A stretch of 61,899 bases of DNA, filler included, from Sphacelaria rigidula (taxonomy: Eukaryota), in NCBI GenBank assembly GCA_964200075.2. It is 8 parts of 8 records of this genome, joined end to end, with 100 filler letters (N's around TTAATTAATTAA, not from the genome) between each part and the next. Parts side by side here need not be neighbours in the genome. Positions count along the whole stretch, not along the records: positions 1 to 7,651 come from CAXNAA020013927.1; positions 7,752 to 15,402 come from CAXNAA020013928.1; 6 more parts are not named here. One strand, written 5' to 3'. Positions 1 to 10,600 of this stretch are shown piece by piece; position 1 is the first letter of the stretch, and each line of letters opens with the position of its first letter. The notes under the pieces are model-generated. The model did no database searches, was not told where the DNA came from, and worked only from the letters and a program-made list of their open reading frames with translations. Made by a program: the position numbers and the translations under genes.

Positions 1-303
1 AACAATTTCCCCGTACACCCGACGGGTGGCCTTTTTCCCCCCCCCTCTTGCCCCCCCCCCCCCCCATCGAAAGTATCGTGGGCATGAGTGCAGCATTGTA
101 CGTGTTGCATGTGTCCATGGATGTCCTGGCAGCCGGTCTACTCACTAGTCGTAGCGCTATTCCCTTGGTCATCGCTTGGTCATCGCCGTTGGTTTGGGTT
201 TGGGCGACGAACGCGCCTTCGTGTCGGACGTTTCAGTTACAATTTCACAAATTTTCGTGACAGACGCTGATTTATCCATGCCTTTCCGTATGGTTGTCCC
301 CAG

Positions 304-3300
304 CTTATGCACGCCAATTCTGGAGTGGAAAAGGGCATGGCGGCCGGTGGGAAGCCCGTGGAAATCATGGGCATGATGCTAGGAAGGCCTGACACGGAGA
401 CCCCAAATGCTCTCATTGTCACAGATGTAAGGCTGATTTTCTGCACGTGGAGATGAGGCAACGTTTTCTAGCATTCTGTTCTGTTTCATGCGAACGCGAT
501 CGACATGTGGAAATGAGGCCATTTACCCTGAACTTCGGTTGCTTTTTGTTAATTACGTGACATGTAGGGCTACTCATCAGCTCAGTGTCGTGTATACTGT
601 AAGCAGCAACGCGCCATAATCGGGGTCAATTTTTCTACTTCTGACTCACTGAATGAGAACGTACCTGACGCCGTGCGGCACATCCTGAGCCAAGAATGGA
701 CAAAGATCCACACCGGCAGGTGCCTGACGTGGTGAAGGCTACGCACTCCACGCTCCACCTTTTGCATGGTTCCCTCGAAAGTGATTGGCTGTGTACCCTC
801 GATTAATGTTCATCTTTCGTGCATACGCGTCGCCCAACCTGTCGTGCAGGTGTTCCCGCTACCGGTGGAAGGAGCGGAGACCAAGGTACTGGCGGATGAT
901 CAGGAGGTGGCGAACTACATGATCGATCTCGGAGATTTGCTAGAAACGGTGAGCAGTTCTCTCTTCTCTATTTTTCCTCAGAGAACAGCAATGCTTGAAG
1001 CTGCTGGACCCAGTTTCAGTGGGAGCGAAGCAAACCGTGCGTGCAAAACCCGAAGCTGGCGACGAGTATTGTAGATGCAGTTCGCTGTCAAAGGTTCAGT
1101 GTTGCGACCTTTTGGTGGAAGTCTTCCTGTCTTGTTTCTGTGGCAAACACGCGCGCAACAGCCGCGTCCTCGACCATGCTTTCGCCGTGTTTTCGATGAC
1201 TCTGAATCGGGTTGTAGTTCCAATCTACACGCTACTTACTCAGTGGTGATCGATTGTTTGTTTCGCTCTCGCCGCATCGGCTGCTTGCTTTGCTCTCACG
1301 TCGGCGGCGTCGACCGACGTCTGCATAGGAAGGTACCAATGAAACGTCGTGGCGGGAGACGTCCACAAATTCCTTCCAATCAAAACCAACATAACAGCAT
1401 CACGTATACATTTTTCTTCATTGCCACGTTTCAGATCCCAATGTCTGTCTGCGTTGGGCGTCCGGCTGCTATGATCTGATGACCCCCCCACCCCCCCCTG
1501 TACACACACACCTCCCACCCGTGACCTCAGACACGCAAGGAGCGGTTTATGGGTTGGTATCACAGCCATCCCTTCGACGTGGAGGTTCATAGCCACTGCT
1601 TCCTCTCCTCGACGGACATATCTACCCAGCTATCCTGGCAGCGAGCAGAAGATCCGCACGGAAACCCGTGGCTGGCGATTGTGGTGAGTACTTTTCTCTA
1701 CAGCCATATAATTATTTTTCTTCGTGTCCTGACAAACTCTCGCTACCTACAAACTCAAGTCTGCTACTCATGGGCTTGGTGCTGAGTCTGTGTGCTCTGT
1801 TAACGTATGTATGTGTTCTCCGGTACGTTGAAGGATCTCTGTCGAAGCTGTACGTTCCCCCATTTCTGGATCGGCGTGGTGAGATATCACGGTGGCCGAG
1901 TGGTGGCAGCGCTAGCATATCACGTCCCGGCAAGTCGCTATATACCGACGCAATATGTGGGCCATACCGCTTTCGAAGGCGTACGGCTTTTCCGTTAACC
2001 GGCCCCAACTTCGTGGTACGAAGACACTGCAGAAGTAACCACCCCCTCTTCCTTTTATTTGCTCCGTCTCGAAAGGGATGCGTGGTCAATGGTCAAATGA
2101 CTAAGGCAAGCAACAAATGAGTACGCCCCCCCTCTTCCTTTTATGATGATTCATGACTGCCGTCACGAGCATATGTAAAAACTTGGGAAATACTGGTGCA
2201 CACTCGCTATTCCTATCCGTTCTCTACACGCATGCCTCGTATTTTTGTCCACTCACATCGATCCCCACACAAACCTTATCAGGTCGATCCGCTGCGGTCC
2301 CTCGCGAAATCTCGACCGGAGTTCGGCGCGTTCCGCGTGTACCCGCCTGAGTTTAGCGCCCCCTTGAACGAGACGCCAGACGGTAAGATAATGACCGATG
2401 ACACGCAGAGGGTGGAGCTATGGGGATCGTGCTGGAATCGGTGAGATATTTTGTCATTGTTCCGAATTTTGGCAGGTGGGTGTGCTCCGCTTGTACGTTT
2501 TCGGGAGTAGGTGTTGGGAAACTGGGGAATGATTGATCATGCTTTTTTGGAAGTCATGAAAATAAATTGAAGATGTTGCACTTATTTGCAGGGTGCGACT
2601 TTTTCACGAGGTGCTAGTGAATTGCTCGAGTCATGTTCACAACAAGGCAGCATGTGTACACGAAATACCATTTTGACTATTGTTTTTGTCGTCTCGGGAT
2701 CCATTCTTTCATTTCGTGATTTTGTAGCAAACAGCACTATCGGCGGGGACCGTGTTTAGACGGTCGAGGGACCCAGGCGAGGCACATGATACCACGCAGA
2801 GGTCACGAGCACCACCGAGCTCAGTGCGGGTTGTGTGGATAGGACGGAAATTCCCCGCCGGAGTTGCAGCGTCGCAGCCTTGCCGAACCAAACATTTTGA
2901 TCCTGCTGCGAACGCAGGCTCGCCATATGTGTATGGCGGTAAAACTATGTCTTTGATCTCGACATAGTTGTGATATGCATGCAGTCGGTACACAGCACAG
3001 AGCAGACAGCACGGCAGTAGACAGTGTAGCTGCGAACCACCACCGAGCTCAGTGCTCTCTCTCCCTCCTGCTTTGAAGGCCCCGAGTTCCCCCGCAGTTT
3101 CAGCGTGGCAGTTGTGCCGACCCACAAAATCGATTCTTCTGCCAGATCAGGTTCGCCGTGTGTTCTAATTTCAGGTGTGTTCGTGTGCGCGCAGGCTATA
3201 GTCTGTGAGCTCAACACGTGGAACGCACACAGTACTGTACACAAGGCCTCAGTCTTGAAGTGGGCTTTTGCTTGAACTAGTGTAATGCTCGAGCGACATG

Positions 3301-5180
3301 CTCGCGTTCTGTAACGCTTTAAAAGCCATGTTCCGAAACGACAATATCCCGAAACCAAAATTGTTTCGTAGCTGGCACATTGATGATATGATTTGGTTGA
3401 TTTCAGTCTTGAAATCTACACAAATGTTTCGATCTCATAAGCAAACATCTTCTGCACTATGGGTGCGAGTCCAGTTTTTTTTCGTGCCATTTCGTTTTTA
3501 CTCTTCCGAATTCTCCCTCCATTACTTTTATACTGTATCCCGAGTACATCGATATTTGCTGCCCAGACAGTTCGAATTTGTTGATGTACTTGATGAAGTA
3601 CGTGGTGAAGGGGTCTGTGGCCTCACTTGCTGGTCACAACCACCTGTTAGTAGTCAATGTGTTGCGTATCTTTTGACACTCATGCCACAAAAGTAGTGGG
3701 AACAGATTGGCGTCGCACCACCACCACCACCACCACCAAAACAACTTCAGCGAAGGCAAAAAAATGTAGCAAACTGTTGATCTCATGGCTTACTTGGTAA
3801 ATTGTGAATGGTGTTCGTGCCCCACATCCTCAGGTATTACGCTATGGAGATCGAGTACTTCATGAGCTCGCTGGCGTCAGACGTGATGGGCATTCTCACC
3901 GAGAACTTCCTCTGGATGCGAACGCTGGGATCGACACCGATGCTGGAAAACGAGGTGAGCCTACAGTGCTGCAGCGGATGACTCCCATCTCTACCTGGCG
4001 TATCTCTTTGGACGCTTGTTGCCGTTGTACCAGAACTACCTTCCAGCTATCACTAGCTCTTGCGTCGTACACTTGTGTTATTATCATATTTCACGGGTCT
4101 GAGCAAGGGTTCTGTAAGAGTGACTGAAAGCTCTTGCACCGCGACGGCAATTGTACTGAGAGTAACGTTGATATTTTCCCCGGGATCGTTGGACGGCTTG
4201 CGTGTAGACGAAGCGATGGGTAGGTAGAGTCATTTTAAATGCAAGATATTTATGTAAGAGGACGACGTGAAATATTTGGTCGTTACGGCGCGTAGAGTGA
4301 AACAGCTCTGCAAAATTGTGAGGTGAAAATATTTCTGTAGCTCACCATCTTTCAGATCACATTTTAGTTAAAGCTCCACGCTCTTCCGCGCTCCCTGAAT
4401 CCCAAATCTCCGGGGCTATTTCCCGTGCACGTGGGCACTCACTTGCGGCAGAATCGAGAGCGCTTCTCCGAGCGTATCGGAAACGTGGCGGACAAGGTAG
4501 AGCACTGCGACGTCAACATTTCGCACGGCGTGGGGTCGAGCGTTGGGGCCTACTTAGTCGCGGATGCTGTGTCAAAGCCAAAAGAAGAATCTGCGCTTTC
4601 CAAAGCCACGCATGGCAGGCGAGTTTTTCGGCACCTTCCATATTCCATGTACTCGTGTGTTGTATACTCTGTGTTGCATTTCAATCAACGCACCTTCATA
4701 TGAGATACCAGCGGTACCCGTCAGTCATCCACTTGTCCTCAGGCAAGAAAATGCGTCACAGTCCCACCCGCTCAACCATGTTTGGCTGCTGCAATCCTAT
4801 TGGTTGCAACTCAAAACTCAGAATCCGTTTTATCGCCTACCCAGCCTACTACCGGCCATCTATGCCTACACTTTGGTGATCCTCTACAAACTAGTGAGAC
4901 TGTCAAGAAGCCAGAATCTCGGAATAGGAGGCCGCGGGCACTCAAAGAAGTATCGACCTTCGACGTCTGAACTCGTGCAGAATTACAATCTGACTTCGCA
5001 GTCGTGAGTGTCGTGCAGTCGACGTATCTGACGCACACACATTCCATCCCCACGCGTGCCCCGTGCTCATGCATTGCGACGTGGTACCTCGTGTCCTGCA
5101 GCTCGGAACTAGCGATCGAGCAATGCCAGGGGCAGCTCACGCAGATCACTAAAAACATAGTCTTCGGCAGGACCAAATAG
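304..5180 (+). CDS. CSN5: COP9 signalosome subunit 5 (JAMM/MPN+ deneddylase), 5'-partial, 7 exons in window
   Basis: Phase-consistent exons at 304-426, 850-948, 1531-1683, 2283-2440, 3834-3954, 4452-4618 and 5102-5180 (TAG). The spliced protein reads LMHANSG...VEIMGMMLG...VFPLPVEGAETKV...MGWYHSHP...LSSTDISTQ...AIVVDPLRS...GAFRVYP...YYAMEIEYFMSSL...LSKATHGSSELAIEQCQGQLTQITKNIVF*, collinear with CSN5/Jab1 through the C-terminus. The start lies upstream of the contig edge. Confidence 0.93.
2059..2127 (+). mobile_element. Short 3' fragment of the same LINE family in CSN5 intron 3, with a 17-bp TSD
   Basis: Matches the LINE 3' end at ~15280-15345. Flanked by CCCCCTCTTCCTTTTAT at 2042-2058 and 2128-2144. 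Confidence 0.8.
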
Positions 5181-6178
5181 ATCAAGGACCGTGGAGGCAG
5201 AGCCAGGTCACCGGCAAGAATGAGGCAGTTGCCTAGTGTGGTGGCCTCATTTGAGGCCCGGATTCGTGGTGTACTTTTACTTCCGCTTACGAGATGGAGT
5301 TGTCAACACGGCACGGATTTGGCGCCGCCCAGAGACAGAAGCGAAGAACATGTTGTGCCTGCAGTTTTCCTATTTTTATGAAGATTTCGAAGGAGCTAGG
5401 TGATTTTAAGTGATCGATACATGACGATGGTTGTCAGGTGACGTTTTTCACGTGATCGAAGTCACTGGAGCGGGTTATTAAACTGACCCGTGTTTGTCGG
5501 TCACGGCATATAGTATACGTGAAATGTTGTGATACTTCCTTCCCTAGACCAACGCATTTTCACTGCACCTTGCCGACAGTACGTTGCTCGTGTCGATGTC
5601 TGGCTGTATTTTGGTAATTCCTTGATGTACTGGTGTTGGGGCATCACATGGAGTTGCGTCCGTCAGGGCAGTGCTTGCAGCGTGGTTAGAGAAAAGTTCA
5701 ACTGAATGCATGGTTGTTGCCAACCACCTTGTTAATTTCCTTCGCTGTGAAGCTCTTGGTCACTCCCTTTCTCCCGGTGCCCGCTCTGTAGCTTGACGCG
5801 TGTTATGCCGAAAAGTTAGTCACCTGCCGGGAGCTATTGCACTGTACTGCGCTGTAGTGTTACTATTCGTTGGGCAATATGACGAAATAATACATACTTT
5901 GGCGTCGTCCAACTGGTACCCGACACTCCGGAGTGGGGCTGCTCCATACACTGATATGTCGGGGAAGTCGCTACGCGCTTTTACTTCGCTACGCGCTTTT
6001 ACTTCGTAGCGTACCATAGAGAGTCGCTCAGGGTGTTTTTGTTCCAAAATGCTTCTGTCATGCGCCTCCCGGCTGGCATCAATCTCGTGTGTAATATCCC
6101 AATACTATCATATGGCGCTCCCACTTCGAGCCTTACTATCTTGACCTCACGTGAAGCACAAAATACTTTGAGGTGAGC

Positions 6179-6530
6179 CGGTCGCCCCGGTGGCTCAGTT
6201 GGTAACCCCGCAACCCTCTGACGGTAGGGGCGTGGATTCGAATCTCGGAGAAGTCAGACAATCGGGGAGATTTCTCAAGTCATGTCTAACGGAGAGTTTT
6301 CGTGGGTACACAGTTCGAAGTTCGGCTTCACAGTCGATGAAGGAAAGGGACTGCTGAAGGCTTGCCGCGATATAAAGGAAGACAAGCATCGTAGGAAGAC
6401 AAAGTACGGGTGCAAAAAAGAAAAAAGATTCCCGTGTTGACCTTCCTCGTGTGTGACCCCTGCGCCCACATTTACTGAACAGGGCATGCAGGCTGGGGTC
6501 TGGAATAGATGGGATGGCGACGCACACAGA
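6179..6530 (+). mobile_element. tRNA-derived SINE, near full length
   Basis: Head has A-box TGGCTCAGTTGG and B-box GGATTCGAATC; body has GCAAGCACCG-like and GTTGACCTTCC...GTGTGACC motifs; tail is CA-rich. Six related copies in the window. Confidence 0.75.
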
Positions 6531-7651
6531 GAGAGATGGCCCTGTTGGATTATAGTAGATAGGATGTCAATGGTCCGACTTGTATATCTGTTTCTCGATT
6601 GGCCATATGCTTTACGTAACTGTAAAGGCAACTGGTCATCGACATGCGCAACACATCCCATCGAGCCGCCCCCCCCCGGTGTATCCTTGATATTGAGAAA
6701 ATAAGTGCGCGAGCCGATGTACTCCGGAATCGTTGGCCGTGTCGCAAGTTGACCAGAACACCACGCCCTAGTCTAGGGAGGATTGTGGTTTCACCGGCTC
6801 ATTGTTGCTTGCTGATTTCGTCACAACTTAGGTCATGTGGGAAAAATGGTCACGTGGAGCGAAACGGGCAGGAGACACCGGCGGGGGCCTGGGAACCTCT
6901 AGTCCCGAATGTAGAGTGTAGATAAAGACCAAGCGCAGTGTCGTAGATATTCTGCTGCAGATGCATCCTCGGGTAATACATGGAGGGAAATTGAAAATTG
7001 CACACCTAATTCGGCGCTCATGCGCCAGTAGGACGCTCCCTTCCCCCATCTTTTTCTCCGGGGGGGGGGGCTGGGGGGGGGGGGGGGGGGTCGGAAGTGC
7101 TGTTTTCTTTAAAGAGACATCACCGTCACAGAAGAGGCTGTTGCCACGCACATGCCGCGCGCCACAGTTATCCGTGTGCCTTGGCCACGATTGGCAGTGC
7201 TTTTGCCGTCTTGTCAGGACTTTGGGTTAGACTAGGCAAGTATACCCCGTAACCGACGGACACAGCGATGACTTCGTCGAGTACGCCCTCGACCCCGAAC
7301 GATCAGCGTGACGGTGCTCTACATCAATCATGGTCGCCAGTAATTACCCGTGGCGCACACGAAAATTCATCTTCGCTGCCGGTCGTAGTCTATTATCGTG
7401 AAGGCAATCAAGAGGCCGATCCGCCAGTGAGCATTCATGCTCATCGACGAGAAGCGTCCTTGGCTGCCCGCCCAGGCCATCCCGGACTGTGTGTCCAGCA
7501 CATGGTAGTAGCGATAAGAACTATGACCACGTATACGACGCTTGGTGTGGACAACACAATGTCGTGCGCAAACGGTTTGTTGTTCGCAAAATGTTGTGTC
7601 GACAGAGTCATCCTACGTTAGGGGGGGGGTATTTGGTTGCACGAAAAAAGA

Positions 7652-7751
7652 NNNNNNNNNNNNNNNNNNNNNNNNNNNNNNNNNNNNNNNNNNNNTTAAT
7701 TAATTAANNNNNNNNNNNNNNNNNNNNNNNNNNNNNNNNNNNNNNNNNNNN
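7652..7751. other. Artificial contig linker N44-TTAATTAATTAA-N44 (7 in the window)
   Basis: Identical linkers at 7652, 15403, 23153, 30903, 38653, 46402 and 54151. The core carries stop codons in all six frames. Confidence 0.97.
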
Positions 7752-7850
7752 CATGGTGTGAGAAAAAAACCCAGATCGCTCCGAGAATGGAGCCCACGAC
7801 CCAACCGTCAGACGGTTTCGAGGTTACCAACTGAGCCACCGGCGCGACCG
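7752..7850 (-). mobile_element. tRNA-derived SINE head, cut by the linker
   Basis: The reverse complement GGTCGCGCCGGTGGCTCAGTTGGTAACCTCGAAACCGTCTGACGG matches 6179, 16455 and 61443. Confidence 0.7.
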
Positions 7851-9309
7851 TTTACGGTAAATGAAAAATATAAGCCTTGCGCGGTACAGCGGTTCATTGG
7901 TATTGCCTTCTGCAAATTTGCGCGGCACTACTGATAATACTCCAATATCGAAGAGGACCGTGGTTTTTTTATGGTGTTAAAAAGCACTGGGGACAGCCTC
8001 GAGAATTTCGATCTCTATTGCACAGAGAATAGCTCGACTATTGTAGTCATTCGGTGTGCAGTCATTCTCACTTATTGCTTGCCTTGAAGGCGGGCATACC
8101 ATACGGCCAGCAGCAGAGACGAGTGCATTGTACTGGGTCTGTGTAGGGTACGACCGTGGACAGTGCCTCTGCAACGTCAAGTCGCCGCCCTCGTGTGCTG
8201 CCTCCGTGATATGCTCGACCACACCGCGGTTGACCACGCTCGAACATGGCACATCGGTAGGAAAACAAGCAGCACAAGTAAATACAACGAGATTTGCCTC
8301 TAGGCACGGGGGGATTTTGTTCGTGGAGCAGACACTTGACCTTCGAACCAGCGCGCCCGCAGAATAGTAACTGGCAACTGTTCTTGAAGTAGGTGGCTTA
8401 TCACCGACGGCTGATCGGGATGGGGGGTGTACTAAAATCAAGCGATTCACCCCCAGAAGCGTACCGGGGAATAAATCAATGTGCTCTTCACGGTAAACCC
8501 ATATATTTGAACGCACAGTTGCATCGTCTTTTTGGCACGATCTTCCTAGCCTATTTGTCGTCATCCAGTGACACTTCCTTTTTGGTTTGTTCAAGCTCGT
8601 TCGGTATGCTGCTACCTGTGCGTGTGATTCGCTCAGCAGCATCCGCGACGTGGTCAACATATGTACATATCTGTCTCACAGGTGGTTTGTTCATATTCTT
8701 CGTGAGGCTAAGAGATAGGGGTTGAACCTGGGCCTTGGAAGGTTTCCACTTGAGGCGCCCGCCACCGGTTGCTCCGATAATCCGGACTCTTTGTCAGATT
8801 TCGCCGTTTTTTGGAAGATGACGGTGGTGTAGGCGTATATGGTCGCCAGGTGAGGTGGGTGGGCCTTGACTCGAATTTCTCGAGTTTAAGGTTTTGCCCA
8901 ACAAGACTGCAGTAGCTTCGGTTCGACATGGTCGGGCAGGGGGATCGAGATTTATTGTTTTGTCTGTCTCTGGAAGTGGCGATACCAGATAACAGCGTCA
9001 GAAGTATGCTGCACTCGCAATTTCTTAGTTTCTCAAAGATTTTCCATGTTTGTTTCGCTTGCCACCGCTCATCACAGTGACTGTTGGATGCCAAAAAAAT
9101 GGACATCGTGAGATATTGTAATCCTGTTGACAAATATTGAAAGAAAAAATCTGCGAATGACCGATCTTCGGGGGTCCTGCGAAGGTGCAACTCCAGCTTC
9201 TAGCATTTCGGTATTTTCGGTGGACCGACTCGATCCCGATCATATGATTGAAGACTCACAAATATGTGTGTGTGTGTGTTTTCAACTCCATCTATTCACT
9301 GCGCTGAAG

Positions 9310-9790
9310 CCGGAAAACGATGTTTCTTGTACCATTTACGGTCAATAACACCCTCCTGATAAAAGGAGTCTTTACTCCGTATCGCCCCCACAGCACGAAC
9401 TTGGGCATTGTGATTTGAGCATGGTCTGCTCATTTTGCCAAAACTATCGACGCTAGCACCTTCGAGCGCTCATGGAAATGTAATGCGAAAATACCCCGAG
9501 AAGAGGCCATCCGCAGAAAATGCTAGACTAAGGTCTGTGCAGTATAGGGGGGAAACACGATCTCGATCGTTATTGTGAAGAACTCTACACGCATTTATTT
9601 ATCTGAATATTTACCGTTTCGTTCCAGAAGAGCCGGAAAACTGCTTTCATTAGACCAAAAACGGTCAATATCACCCTCTTTATAAACGGGGTATCTGGTC
9701 CGTATCGCCTCAAAAACACCAACTTGGGCACTGCAGTTTGAGTGCGGCCCACGCTTCCCCCGTAAATCTACCAGCGCTAGCACTTTCAAG
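9310..9790 (+). repeat. Two diverged copies of an interspersed repeat; a third copy lies at ~24110-24290
   Basis: Shared CGGTCAATA..ACCCTC, CGTATCGCC, ACTTGGGCA(C/T)TG and CGC(T/G)AGCA(C/A) blocks. Confidence 0.55.
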
Positions 9791-9854
9791 TAGTAGTGGA
9801 GAAGAATACTGGAGAAAAACTCGAGAATTACAATAACTACGAATTCTGAAAACT

Positions 9855-10140
9855 TCTGATGCTGACTAGTATCACAGAAAATGAAGCAACTCGTTGGAGG
9901 CTGTCATCCATATGCAACATAACCAGTATGCTTCGGGTCGAACAATATTAGCACGATACAGTTCACCCTTCATGCGACTCGCTGAGCACATCGCGGCTCT
10001 TCGCGCTTGGTGATTGATTGCGAGCCTGGTCCAGCGAAAACCCGGTGTGCTCCGTCCCGGCTTTGTAGTGATGCGAGGTCAAAGGTTACATGACTATGGC
10101 ATGCAAGATGATGAGTACACCCTCCCCCCCCCCTTCCCCC
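9855..10140 (+). mobile_element. Non-autonomous retro-element ending in a LINE-like ATGAGTACA(C)n tail
   Basis: Homologous copies on the minus strand at ~32150-32460 and ~46505-46680. A tail-only copy lies at ~38760-38820. Confidence 0.55.
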
Positions 10141-10600
10141 CTTCAGAAGCCGGCGAACTAGCGGCCAACCGACGACTGGGCTCGAAAAAAATCTTGAACG
10201 GTATCCCGTGCGGGCTGGTTTTCGATAGTAACGAGCTATTCGTTTTCGAAATATATGTCGAAGTACAAATGGGTACCGTTCGTTCCTTCTCAAGCCGGGG
10301 TCTAGCTATCCCGTTCCGCCCATGAAGCAAGTGAGCCAGGAGATATCGACATCGTAACCCCCTCTTTCCCCTCTCTTTCCTTTTTCTCGCCATCTAGCTG
10401 TACATGTTCCCATCGGCAACTTTTTAGGACTTGCGGCGAATCTGCAAGTGTATAGAGCACGGTACGGTGCAATACCTACTTGCATCTATTGCATGTACAG
10501 ACATCACTTACCATCCCGGTCGCGTAACGAGCTTCTATGGTTCTTTACTGGACGCGTATCTTTGCCTGCGGCTGACCTTGCCCTAACCCTCGCAACGCAG

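Noticed and set aside
5968..6006. 18-bp tandem duplication (also a 20-bp tandem at ~23690-23735 and microsatellites at ~3716 and ~11735)
   Set aside because: These are ordinary slippage products with no further structure.
7696..7707. TTAATTAATTAA recurring every ~7.75 kb as a possible biological periodic motif
   Set aside because: It is always centred in exactly 44+44 Ns, so it is an artificial six-frame stop linker.
7977..8660. 227-aa minus-strand ORF
   Set aside because: No recognisable domain or splice support; it may be a decayed transposon relic but cannot be assigned.
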